Source of the DNA: an uncultured Galactobacillus sp.
Lineage (GTDB): Bacteria; Bacillota_I; Bacilli_A; Erysipelotrichales; Erysipelotrichaceae
Direction of reading: 5' to 3'
Assembly (NCBI GenBank): GCA_964535445.1
Contig: CAZHUX010000001.1
Location: forward strand, 12,406 to 76,405
Length of the DNA stretch: 64,000 bases
Part shown: positions 45,901 to 54,055 of the stretch, piece after piece
How positions within the stretch are numbered: the stretch's first letter is position 1
Layout: every line of letters begins with the position of its first letter
Notes under the pieces: generated by a model
Seen by the model: only the letters and a program-made list of their open reading frames with translations
Database searches by the model: none
What the model was told of the DNA's origin: nothing
Position numbers and translations under genes: made by a program

Positions 45901-47415
45901 ATAGTCAAATAAAGAAGACGGCTTGTCATTCAATACAGCTAAAGGAATGTCATGTCCCATGGAAGCTGTAGGTTCACTGCCGCCTGAAGCCATCGGCAGT
46001 ATCTCTTCCTTGACATCTTCATAGGTATAGCCGAATACCTTATAGAGACGGTCTCTTGTCTTCTGGTCATAAGAAGGTATTTTTTCATTAGGAATCTTCA
46101 GATCCTTTAAAAACAGAAGATTCATGTTTAGCCATTCTCCATATGGAGAACGCTTTGCATAATGTTCCTTTAATTCTTCATCAGAGATGATTCTTTTCTG
46201 CTTTGTGTCTACCAAAAGCATCCTGCCGGGCATCAGACGGGATTTACGGATAATGTGCTTTTCATCAAGATCCAGTACACCTACTTCTGAAGCCAGAATC
46301 AGTCTGCCGTCATCTGTTACATAGTAACGGGCAGGACGCAACCCGTTGCGGTCTAAAGTAGCTCCGACAATGTCACCATCACTGAACAATACCGCTGCCG
46401 GTCCATCCCATGGTTCCATCATTGTTGCATAGTAATGATAGAAATCCTGTTTTTCCTGTGACATGGCTTTTTCATAGCGCCATGGTTCCGGAATCATTAA
46501 CATCATTGCCAAAGGTAAATCCATGCCGCTGAAGTATAAGAATTCAAGAGTGTTGTCTACCATGGCAGAATCAGAACCTGATGCATTGATGACCGGATAG
46601 ATCTTATCCAGATCATCTTTTAAAGAATCTGAAAGCATGGTTTCTTCTCTGGCAAGCATTCTGTCCGCATTGCCACGGATGGTATTGATTTCTCCATTAT
46701 GAGCTATAAATCTGTATGGATGTGCCCTTTCCCAGCTTGGCGTTGTATTGGTAGAGAAACGGGAATGTACAATTGCAATAGCAGTCTTGTAGTCTTCTGA
46801 CTGCAGGTCATCATAAAACTGACGTAACTGATTAACCAGAAACATTCCTTTATACACAATTGTTCTGGAAGAAAGTGAACATACATATGTATCCTCTGAA
46901 CCCTGTTCAAATTCACGTCTTACAATATAAAGCTTCCTGTCAAAGTCCATGCCGGGTCTGCATTCCTCTGGTCTTTCCAGGAATACCTGCATGATATCCG
47001 GCATCGCATCTAATGCTCTCTTGCCAAGGATTTCAGGATGTACAGGTACCTTGCGCCATCCTAAGACATGAAGACCGTTCTTTTCTGCAATCACTTCAAA
47101 AGTACGTCGGGCAAACGTACTCTTTAAAGAATCTGAAGGAAGGAACATCATGCCGATGCCATAGTCACCGGCATTCTTTAAGGAAATGTCAGATGACTGA
47201 GCAGCCTTTTTAAAGAAATCATGAGAGATCTGCATTAAGATACCGACACCATCTCCTACTTTTCCTGAGGCATCCCTGCCTGCCCTGTGATCCAGACGTT
47301 CTACAATCTTTAAAGCATCATCCAGTACCTGATGATCCTGGTGTCCGTCAATATTGACAATGGTTCCAATACCACAGGCATCATGTTCCATCAGACCTTC
47401 ATTTAAACCATGCAT
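42922..47415 (-). CDS. gltB: Glutamate synthase large subunit
   Basis: It is 1497 aa. It has the Ntn amidotransferase start ...HDACGIG, FMN and 3Fe-4S regions, and a GXGXG C-terminal beta-helix (GGGQSFGAF...GDHGLEYMTGG). Confidence 0.95.
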   Translation of the reverse strand: MHGLNEGLMEHDACGIGTIVNIDGHQDHQVLDDALKIVERLDHRAGRDASGKVGDGVGILMQISHDFFKKAAQSSDISLKNAGDYGIGMMFLPSDSLKSTFARRTFEVIAEKNGLHVLGWRKVPVHPEILGKRALDAMPDIMQVFLERPEECRPGMDFDRKLYIVRREFEQGSEDTYVCSLSSRTIVYKGMFLVNQLRQFYDDLQSEDYKTAIAIVHSRFSTNTTPSWERAHPYRFIAHNGEINTIRGNADRMLAREETMLSDSLKDDLDKIYPVINASGSDSAMVDNTLEFLYFSGMDLPLAMMLMIPEPWRYEKAMSQEKQDFYHYYATMMEPWDGPAAVLFSDGDIVGATLDRNGLRPARYYVTDDGRLILASEVGVLDLDEKHIIRKSRLMPGRMLLVDTKQKRIISDEELKEHYAKRSPYGEWLNMNLLFLKDLKIPNEKIPSYDQKTRDRLYKVFGYTYEDVKEEILPMASGGSEPTASMGHDIPLAVLNDKPSSLFDYIHQQFAQVTNPPIDSIREKVVIDTTVYIGSDGNLLSEKPDNCKVLEVKNPILTGVDIMKIRTLHQKGFQTEDISLLYYKHTSLKKALDALCIACDRAYNKGANILILTDRGVDENHVPIPSLLAVSAVETHLVQTKKRTKVSLILESGEPRDVHQCAALLGFGARAIYPYLAQECVVELIDKGILDKDYHTAISDYNDALLNGIVKTAAKMGISSIQSYQSSRIFEAVGLDEDMVHEYFPGISCQAGSTDLDKLEKDTLFQHDHAFDPLGLGVDTALDSIGFHRLRSGDQAYDHLYSPDVITALQRAVRDGNYEEWKAYSRLLQEKTPHRLRDEMEFVPASKPIPLEEVEPVESIVKRFKTGAMSYGSISEEAHETMAIAMNRLGGKSNTGEGGENPERFGTEKNSAIKQVASGRFGVTSAYLNSAKEIQIKMAQGAKPGEGGYLPGRKVYPWVAKARYATPGVSLISPPPHHDIYSIEDLAQLIFDLKNANPDARISVKLVSEAGVGTIACGVAKAGAQVVVISGFDGGTGAAPISSIHHAGMPWELGVAQAQQALIDNGLRERIIIETDGKLMTGRDVAVAALLGAEEYAFATGPLVSMGCMMMRVCSLDTCPFGIATQNEKLRKRFRGKPEYVMNFMKFVAQEMREIMASLGFRTVDEMIGRTDCLKQKADSKVDLSGILNPAYAHKTIRHHVTDETYDFHLEKTMDSKVLIPAFKDAISKKKPYSTDIMISSQNRTLGTMLGSLITRKYGNTLKDDTYVVHCKGGGGQSFGAFLPKGLTLYLEGDANDHVGKGLSGGKIIVVPPKDSGCKGDNNIIIGNVALYGATAGKAYFEGEAGERFCVRNSGAIAVAEGCGDHGLEYMTGGKAVILGRTGKNFAAGMSGGIAYVLDEDHQLYKHLNKEMIYMKVVEDKYDKQELKEILLDYEKETGSPKAAEILKNFDESASLFKKIVPIDYHNMMSAIGHLKEQGVSNDKALLEAFQSMQKEN

Positions 47416-47482
47416 ACCGGTATCCTCCTGATTTTATAGAGAAAAATTTATACCTGTATATAAATGGATTCAATAACTTTTC

Positions 47483-47505
47483 ATTCAATTTTCTGAAAAC
47501 TGAAT
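47483..47505. promoter_or_regulatory. 23-bp near-perfect palindrome upstream of gltB (candidate operator)
   Basis: ATTCAATTTTC-T-GAAAACTGAAT has arms that are complementary at 10 of 11 positions. It sits about 70-90 nt upstream of the gltB ATG. Confidence 0.4.
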
Positions 47506-47550
47506 ATTTATTTTACATTTATATGTAATTTCTTTCATATACAAATACTT

Positions 47551-47579
47551 AAAAAGAGCTGTGGATCGTCACAGCTCCT
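47551..47579 (-). terminator. Terminator after the large surface-protein gene
   Basis: On the minus strand, GGAGCTGTG-ACGATC-CACAGCTC forms a hairpin followed by TTTTT. Confidence 0.8.
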
Positions 47580-47594
47580 TCTGTTCAATACAAC

Positions 47595-50500
47595 CTATGC
47601 TCTTGTTCTTTTGAGATATACAGCACCACCTGCTGTAATCAATGACACTGTAGCGAGGAAGACCCATGTTACGGAATTCATTGGATCACCAGTGTTTGGC
47701 GTAGCAGCAACATAAGCCTGTGCTGGCTGTGGGACTGCAGCGGTAGTATTATTGCCGGCAGTATTGCCATTCACAATCGCAGCCTTATTACCATTGAGAG
47801 TAAACTTTGCAGTTGCTGATCCATCTTCAGAAACAATGGTAATGGAATGCTCCCCTTTACTGAGAGTATCAACGAATGACTTATGCAGATTAATAACCGT
47901 ACTTCCTTCTGTAACAGTGTAATCAGAAGGATTTACTGTCTTTCCATCTACCTGAACATCCTTAAACTTCCTGAAGTCTGCATTAGATCTGAAGGTGAGG
48001 CTGCCATCTTCATTCGCACTGATTTCTGCGGCTGTGTAGGTGACAACAGTATCAGTCTTTTGACCAGCAAGCAGCTTATCATAGGTTTCCCTGGCAGATT
48101 GATACACATTCTGTGCGGTTGTAAGCATTCCTTTTGCATTTGTCAGCTGGATACCCAGATCATCAGAAGCATACTGTGCTTCTTCTGCTTCTCTTTCCAG
48201 TCCAGGAAGCTGATTTTCAAGTTCTACTGCTCTGTCTTGGGCAGTTATCAGATCATTGTAATTTTTCTGAGCATCATCACGTACTGTTTCAGCCTGTTTT
48301 AATGCGCTAACTGCTTCATCATATGCTGTCTGAGCATCAGAGGCAGCCTTTTCAGCCTTTGTGGCATCAGCCCTGGCAGTTTCTAATGACCCGGACTTTG
48401 CATCTGCATCAGACTTTGCATCATTGAATGCTTTAGTCTTTTCTTCCACTGTCTTATTAGCAGCTTCTACAGCCTTGGCTGCGTTTTCTGCATTTTCCTT
48501 AGCATCTGTAAAGTTCTTATCTGCGGCATCTTTGGCTGCTTTAGCATCTGCAATTGCCCTGGCATTAGCCTGAACTTCCTTTAATCTTGCGGCAGCTTGA
48601 TCCGCCTGTTTTGCTTTTGCGTCAGCATTTGCTTTTGCAGTTTCAAGATTTTGCTGGGCAGCTGTAAGAGCTGCAGCCTTTTGACTATATTCTGCATTCA
48701 GTTTATTTACTGCATCTTGTTTTGTGGAAAGATCAGAGTTTGCAGTATTTAATACTTTCTCAGCATCAGATGCAGAATTCTGTGCCGCTTCATAATTAGC
48801 CTTGGCAGCATCCGCAGCATTTTTCGCATCAAGATAAGCCTGGTATTCCTTACTGCTTGATGCTTCAGGAATCTTCTTCAACTCTTCTTCTGCCTGCTGT
48901 TCTGCAGTTACAGCATTGTTATATGCATCCTGAGCAGTTTTAGTTTCACTTATTGCCTTGTTATATGCTGTTTCTGCACTGGTCTTCTGAGTTACAGCTT
49001 CATCATAATCAGTCTGTGCCTTGCTTAATGCATTGTTTGCTTCTGTACTTGCATTAACTGCATCATCATAGTTCTTCTTCGCCACCGCTGCTGCACTCTG
49101 AGCATTCTTTAATGCAGCTTCAGCATTTGCAAGAGTTTCTTCTGCTTCCTTTATTGCGCTGTTTTCTGTCTTTCCGGCTTTTGCATTATCCAATGCCTGC
49201 TTTGCTTTATCTACAGCATCCTGTGCATTTACATATTTATTGTAATATGCCATGAAGTTATTGTAGTAAGTATCAAAGTCTACTGCATCCGGATCACTCC
49301 AGCCAAAATCCTGTGTCGCTGTTGTGCCATATTTATTACCACGCCCATCACTATTACGTGTATTACATCCAAGTCCTGTTACTGTGAATTCACCATCTGT
49401 CAGATTGATATAATGGCCTACATGATTGTAATCATGATCACCGCCATCATATTCTTCTTTTTCAGAAGTATACCATCCAGCATAATGATCAAAAGTTCCT
49501 GGCTCATTATCATAACCCCATGATGCATTTTCACCAGCATAACCTGCTCTGTTGAATGGTGTTTCATTTTTAGGAATCCAGTGAGCAACGAACTGTGATT
49601 CCATATTTGAAGATGCCTGTGCAAATGCCATTAATCTGTCTGAGATCTTCAATGGAGATAACCCTGTAAAGTTATTATCAGTTGTTCTTAACTCATTACC
49701 ATGCTTGATAAGGTCAAGAGCCTTTTTCATATTCTCCAATGATGTGGCATCATCTTCTTCACCAATGTGAGTTAATCCACTCTGCACACCCGCATGATTT
49801 GATCCATTATGCACAGTGGTGCTTGCTTCATTCAGAATATCTACTGCTGTCTTTGCACTATTGGTATTCTTTGATTCAAAGTATCCAAGAGAGCCTTTTG
49901 CAATGACTGCATCAGCTTCCTGCTGTACCTTTATCGCTTCATCATAAGCTTTCTGTGCTGCTTCAACTTCCGGACTTGTTGTTCCTGTACTCTGACTCGC
50001 CTTTGCTTCATCTAATGCATCCTGTGCGACTTTTTTTGCATTTTCTGCATCAGTGACTGCTGTATTTGCTTTATCTAATGCTTCCTTCTTGGCTTTTACA
50101 GAATCATCTGCTTTCTGAACAGCTTCTTTTGCTTCATCAAGAGAAGTCTTTGCCTTTGCTAATGCATTGTCAGCGTTAGTTTTAGCAACGCCAGCTTCTG
50201 TTTCTGCACTTGATTTCTGATTTAAAGTGGATTGTGCACTATCAACATTCTTCTTTGCATCGTTTACTTTTGCAGTTGCTTCTGCAATAGCCTGTTTGTT
50301 CTGATCAGAAACTGTTTTTGCATTGTCATAAGCTGTCTTTGCATCATTTGCATTAGCTTCTGCCTTCTCATATTCCTGTTTTGCTTCAGCTGCCTTTTTA
50401 TCAGCATCTGTTTTAGCCGTTTCAGCAGCCTGTTGTGCTGTCTTAGCCTGATTTGTTTCCTGTCGAGCCTGATCAGCCTTTGTCTTTGCGGAATCTGCTT

Positions 50501-51284
50501 CACTCTTTGCTGCATCTGCTGCCTGCTGGGCTTCCTTCTGACTTGCTTCAGCCTCTGCCTTTTCCTTATCTGCATTTGAAGAAGCCTGCTCAGCTTCATT
50601 CAGAGTTTTTTCTGCATCCGGGTCTTTACCTGCTGCATCATTATAATTTTTATCTGCTGTTTCCTTAGCTTGTTCAGCAGTCTGCTTTTCTTCATCTGCC
50701 TTTTTCTGGTCAGCTTCAGCCTGTTCCTGGTCTTTCTTTGCTGCATCGAGGGCAGTCTGTGCGGCATTCTGAGCTGTTACTGCCGCATCATATTTCTGCT
50801 GTGCTTCCCTCAAAGTGGAATTTGCAGAATTCAACTGTACATTTGCACTGTCGAGATCTGTTTTAGCACTGTCTGCTTCTGTCTGTGCTGAAGTTACAGC
50901 ACCTTCTGCATTTGTGACAGCTTCATTTGCAGCAGCCAGACTTTCTTCTGTAACGGTATCAGCCTTTGCTTTCAATGCATCGTATTGTGCCTGGGCTGCA
51001 GCCAGCTGGCTTTTTGCATTAGCAAGGTTCTGATCCGCAAGAGTTTTCTCAGCCTGAAGCTTGTCTACAGCCGTCTGAGCATTTGTAACATCCTCAGAAG
51101 CGCTGTCTACGTTACGTCTGGCTTCTTCTACGGTGAGATTGGCTTTGGCTAATTGTGCCTCAGCACCATCAATACCTGGACCGGCATCTGCCGCAAATAT
51201 ATGAATCGCATTTACACGTGTTCCGACCGCAACAGCCGTCGTTACTGTTGCAGCCGCAATTGCTGTTTTTACTGAGTTTTTCAT
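47595..51284 (-). CDS. Cell-wall-anchored fibrillar protein: signal peptide, long Ala/Lys/Glu/Gln-rich coiled coils flanking a CAP/SCP (PR-1-like) domain, an Ig-like domain, and an LPXTG-variant sorting signal
   Basis: The signal peptide is MKNSVKTAIAAATVTTAVAVG.... CAP-like motifs are LKISDRLMAFAQ, AGENASWGY, GWYTSE and VGHYINL. The C-terminus ATPNTGD plus a hydrophobic helix plus KRTRA has sortase-signal architecture. Confidence 0.7.
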   Translation of the reverse strand: MKNSVKTAIAAATVTTAVAVGTRVNAIHIFAADAGPGIDGAEAQLAKANLTVEEARRNVDSASEDVTNAQTAVDKLQAEKTLADQNLANAKSQLAAAQAQYDALKAKADTVTEESLAAANEAVTNAEGAVTSAQTEADSAKTDLDSANVQLNSANSTLREAQQKYDAAVTAQNAAQTALDAAKKDQEQAEADQKKADEEKQTAEQAKETADKNYNDAAGKDPDAEKTLNEAEQASSNADKEKAEAEASQKEAQQAADAAKSEADSAKTKADQARQETNQAKTAQQAAETAKTDADKKAAEAKQEYEKAEANANDAKTAYDNAKTVSDQNKQAIAEATAKVNDAKKNVDSAQSTLNQKSSAETEAGVAKTNADNALAKAKTSLDEAKEAVQKADDSVKAKKEALDKANTAVTDAENAKKVAQDALDEAKASQSTGTTSPEVEAAQKAYDEAIKVQQEADAVIAKGSLGYFESKNTNSAKTAVDILNEASTTVHNGSNHAGVQSGLTHIGEEDDATSLENMKKALDLIKHGNELRTTDNNFTGLSPLKISDRLMAFAQASSNMESQFVAHWIPKNETPFNRAGYAGENASWGYDNEPGTFDHYAGWYTSEKEEYDGGDHDYNHVGHYINLTDGEFTVTGLGCNTRNSDGRGNKYGTTATQDFGWSDPDAVDFDTYYNNFMAYYNKYVNAQDAVDKAKQALDNAKAGKTENSAIKEAEETLANAEAALKNAQSAAAVAKKNYDDAVNASTEANNALSKAQTDYDEAVTQKTSAETAYNKAISETKTAQDAYNNAVTAEQQAEEELKKIPEASSSKEYQAYLDAKNAADAAKANYEAAQNSASDAEKVLNTANSDLSTKQDAVNKLNAEYSQKAAALTAAQQNLETAKANADAKAKQADQAAARLKEVQANARAIADAKAAKDAADKNFTDAKENAENAAKAVEAANKTVEEKTKAFNDAKSDADAKSGSLETARADATKAEKAASDAQTAYDEAVSALKQAETVRDDAQKNYNDLITAQDRAVELENQLPGLEREAEEAQYASDDLGIQLTNAKGMLTTAQNVYQSARETYDKLLAGQKTDTVVTYTAAEISANEDGSLTFRSNADFRKFKDVQVDGKTVNPSDYTVTEGSTVINLHKSFVDTLSKGEHSITIVSEDGSATAKFTLNGNKAAIVNGNTAGNNTTAAVPQPAQAYVAATPNTGDPMNSVTWVFLATVSLITAGGAVYLKRTRA

Positions 51285-51435
51285 ATGGTAAACCTTCCTT
51301 CCTGCTTTTTGATACTTACAGGTTAGTCTTGAAATTTCTGAATTCTTAGAAATGGGACAAACTGCACATTTGGCAGGATGAATGACCTGGTTTTCAGTTA
51401 AAAGGAAACATTGAAGACAGAGATGAAACGAATGT

Positions 51436-51472
51436 AAAAACCGGGCAAAGTACGTATCCGTGCCTTGTCCGG
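51436..51472 (-). terminator. Terminator after the P-type ATPase gene
   Basis: On the minus strand, CCGGACAAGG...CTTTGCCCGG forms a hairpin followed by TTTTT. Confidence 0.65.
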
Positions 51473-51519
51473 TATCATTGAAAGATTGCTGTTATCTTTA
51501 AAGATGCAGTTATAAAGAA

Positions 51520-53640
51520 TCATGCATTGGCATATGCCTGTTTTTCTTTCAGAATTTCTGTATCTTCATCCTGAAGACTCGTCATAGAATGCATGCTTAT
51601 TAACAATGTACTGATATTATGCGCATAAGCAGTAACAGTCGGCTGTAATACACCCATTGCGCCAAGGATAATCAGGGCAGAGTTAAATGTCATGATAAAG
51701 CGGTAATTGCCATGAATTCTCTTCATAAGCTGATTGCTTAAATCTTTTAGCACAACTAATGTATGCAGATCTTCATCGGCTATTGTGACGTCCGCAATTT
51801 CTCTTGCGATGGCTGCACCATCAGATACGGCAATACCGCAATCCGCTTCCGAAAGCGCTGGCGAATCGTTAATGCCATCACCAATCATGACAACGCCATG
51901 ACCTGCCTCATGTTCTTTTCTGACAAAGGCAGCCTTATCTTCCGGCAATACCTCAGCATGATATTCATCAACACCTACTTTGGCAGCTACTGCCTTAGCA
52001 GTACGTTCAGAGTCCCCTGTCATCATGACAATCTTTTCAAAGCCAAGTTCATGAAGTTCTTTAATAACTTCCGGTGCTTCTTTACGGATCGGATCTTCGA
52101 TCAGAATAACCGCAGCTAATTCTCCTCCTACCGCAAGATATAAATGAGAATATTCATCCGGCAGGGAGTCAAACAATTCCTGCTTTCCTTCCGGAATTGT
52201 GCAGTGCTCATCTTCAAATACAAAGTGATAGGAACCAATAATTGCACGAACTCCATCCACTTCCGAGGCAATGCCGTGAGCCACAATATACTCCACCCTG
52301 GCATGCATTTCCTTGACATGGGCCAGATGTTCTTTCTTAGCTGCCGCAACAACTGCATTGGCAATAGAATGCGGGAAGTGTTCTTCCATGCATGCCGCAA
52401 GTTTCAGATAGTAATCTTCATCCTGATCTCCAAACGGAACTACCCTGGCAACAGTCGGCTTTGAATATGTTAATGTTCCAGTTTTATCAAAGACAATTGT
52501 CTTCGCATCTGCCATTGCTTCAAGGAACTTGCCTCCCTTGACAGAGATATGATAACGGGATGCTTCACGCATTGCGGACAATACAGATATCGGCATGCTT
52601 AAGCGCAAAGCGCAGGAATAGTCAACCATCAGTACTGCTAATGCTCTGTTAACATTTCTGGTTAAAAGATATACCGCCCCTGTTGCCAGGAAACTATAAG
52701 GTACCAGTGAATCCGACAAGTGCATTGCCTTAGCCTCTGTATCTGACTTCATCTTTTCTGATTCTTCAATCATCTTAACAATACGGTCATAACGGGAAGA
52801 ACCATTTGTTTTCTTAACTACGACAACACATTCTCCTTCTTCTACAACCGTACCGGCAAATACAGTAGAACCTTTACTCTTAGGCACAGGTAATGACTCA
52901 CCCGTCATGCTTGCCTGGTTGGCTGACATCTCACCTTCTGCGACAGTTCCATCTAATGGAATGGTATTGGACGTTCTGACAACGATATGGTCGCCTTCTT
53001 CAACATCATTAATCGGCACCAGTACTTCTTCACCATCCGCTGTTTTCAACCATACCTTGCCTACATTCAAAGACATGGATCTTGCCAGGTCATCCACGGA
53101 TTTACGATGAGTCCACTCTTCCAGAATATCCGAGAATCCTAACAAGAAGATAACCGATCCGGCTGTATTAAAGTCTCTTCTTAAAATAGATACCGTAATA
53201 GTTGTCGCATCAAGTACGGATACTTCCAATTTACCCTTCAGAAGAGAACGAATCCCTTTAACAACAAATGGAATTGCATGGAATAAGGTTAATACTGCTC
53301 TTACAGCAGAAGGCAGGAATAACAGGGATACGGTTCTGCGGCATATATGCCAGTATACCTTGTCTTCATACTCTCTCTGTAATGCTCTGCCATTATGATC
53401 ACTGACCGTTAAACCACAGTCATCATAATGGAATACTGATAAAGCATGAATAATGTCTTCTCTCTTACCTGTAAAATGAATCACTGCATTTGCAGTACGA
53501 TCATAGACTTCTGCCCGATAGACTCCCGGAATACGGTTCAGATACTGTTCCAGAATATCAGCCTGGTCGAAAGTCATGCGGTACTGCTGCATATGCACAC
53601 GAAGACGTCCTGTTCCTTCATGCAGAATTGTACATTTCAT
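51520..53640 (-). CDS. P1B-type (heavy-metal-like) P-type ATPase with an SCA transmembrane motif and a Cys-less N-terminal HMA-like domain
   Basis: It has TGES (MTGESLP), DKTGTLT and GDGINDSPAL motifs. The TM motif is DYSCALRLSMP in place of CPC. The N-terminal ~70 aa have a ferredoxin-like pattern without CxxC. Confidence 0.8.
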   Translation of the reverse strand: MKCTILHEGTGRLRVHMQQYRMTFDQADILEQYLNRIPGVYRAEVYDRTANAVIHFTGKREDIIHALSVFHYDDCGLTVSDHNGRALQREYEDKVYWHICRRTVSLLFLPSAVRAVLTLFHAIPFVVKGIRSLLKGKLEVSVLDATTITVSILRRDFNTAGSVIFLLGFSDILEEWTHRKSVDDLARSMSLNVGKVWLKTADGEEVLVPINDVEEGDHIVVRTSNTIPLDGTVAEGEMSANQASMTGESLPVPKSKGSTVFAGTVVEEGECVVVVKKTNGSSRYDRIVKMIEESEKMKSDTEAKAMHLSDSLVPYSFLATGAVYLLTRNVNRALAVLMVDYSCALRLSMPISVLSAMREASRYHISVKGGKFLEAMADAKTIVFDKTGTLTYSKPTVARVVPFGDQDEDYYLKLAACMEEHFPHSIANAVVAAAKKEHLAHVKEMHARVEYIVAHGIASEVDGVRAIIGSYHFVFEDEHCTIPEGKQELFDSLPDEYSHLYLAVGGELAAVILIEDPIRKEAPEVIKELHELGFEKIVMMTGDSERTAKAVAAKVGVDEYHAEVLPEDKAAFVRKEHEAGHGVVMIGDGINDSPALSEADCGIAVSDGAAIAREIADVTIADEDLHTLVVLKDLSNQLMKRIHGNYRFIMTFNSALIILGAMGVLQPTVTAYAHNISTLLISMHSMTSLQDEDTEILKEKQAYANA

Positions 53641-53662
53641 ATGAATATGACCTTTCTAATAT

Positions 53663-53687
53663 TAAAAAGCAGGAGTTTATCCTGCTT
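53663..53687 (-). terminator. Hairpin plus T-run between the small helical-protein gene and the ATPase gene (terminator/attenuator)
   Basis: On the minus strand, AGCAGGA-TAAAC-TCCTGCT forms a hairpin followed by TTTTT. It lies about 20 nt before the ATPase RBS. Confidence 0.55.
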
Positions 53688-53698
53688 CCAGGTAAATA

Positions 53699-53986
53699 TT
53701 ACTTGTTCTTCGCTTCAGCTGCCGCAAGTACTGCTTTGGCATCTGCGATCTGACGTGCTTCTTCTTCCTCAGCTCTCTTTTCATTGATAGCCTTGGCATC
53801 AGCACCAATATCATCACAATTTTCCTTCAATGTCTCGAAATCCTTCATAACTGTATCAGCACCTCTCATAACAGCTGCTGTTACATGTGTATAAGCCTTC
53901 TTGGCATCTTTACTGGAAAGAATCTTTACACCTGCTGTACCAAGCAGGAATCCATAAGCTAAAAATCTCGTTTTTACCCAACCCAT
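53699..53986 (-). CDS. Small (95 aa) N-terminally anchored helical protein upstream of the ATPase
   Basis: The N-terminus MGWVKTRFLAYGFLLGTAGVKIL is a hydrophobic segment, followed by a charged helical tail. AAGGGGG lies upstream of the ATG. Confidence 0.5.
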   Translation of the reverse strand: MGWVKTRFLAYGFLLGTAGVKILSSKDAKKAYTHVTAAVMRGADTVMKDFETLKENCDDIGADAKAINEKRAEEEEARQIADAKAVLAAAEAKNK

Positions 53987-54055
53987 GATAATGCCCCCTT
54001 ACTTTTACTGTAATTTTAGCATTATTTGTCTCGGATAGATGGCTAACATTGTTAA

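Noticed and set aside
50232-50891. Several 70-115-aa plus-strand ORFs and a minus-strand out-of-frame ORF lie inside the large surface-protein gene (and similarly at 48361..48573 and 50815..51033).
   Set aside because: They are low-complexity Cys/Leu/Phe- or Ala/Ser-rich translations generated by the antisense or shifted frames of GCx/AAx-repeat coding DNA. They have no RBS.
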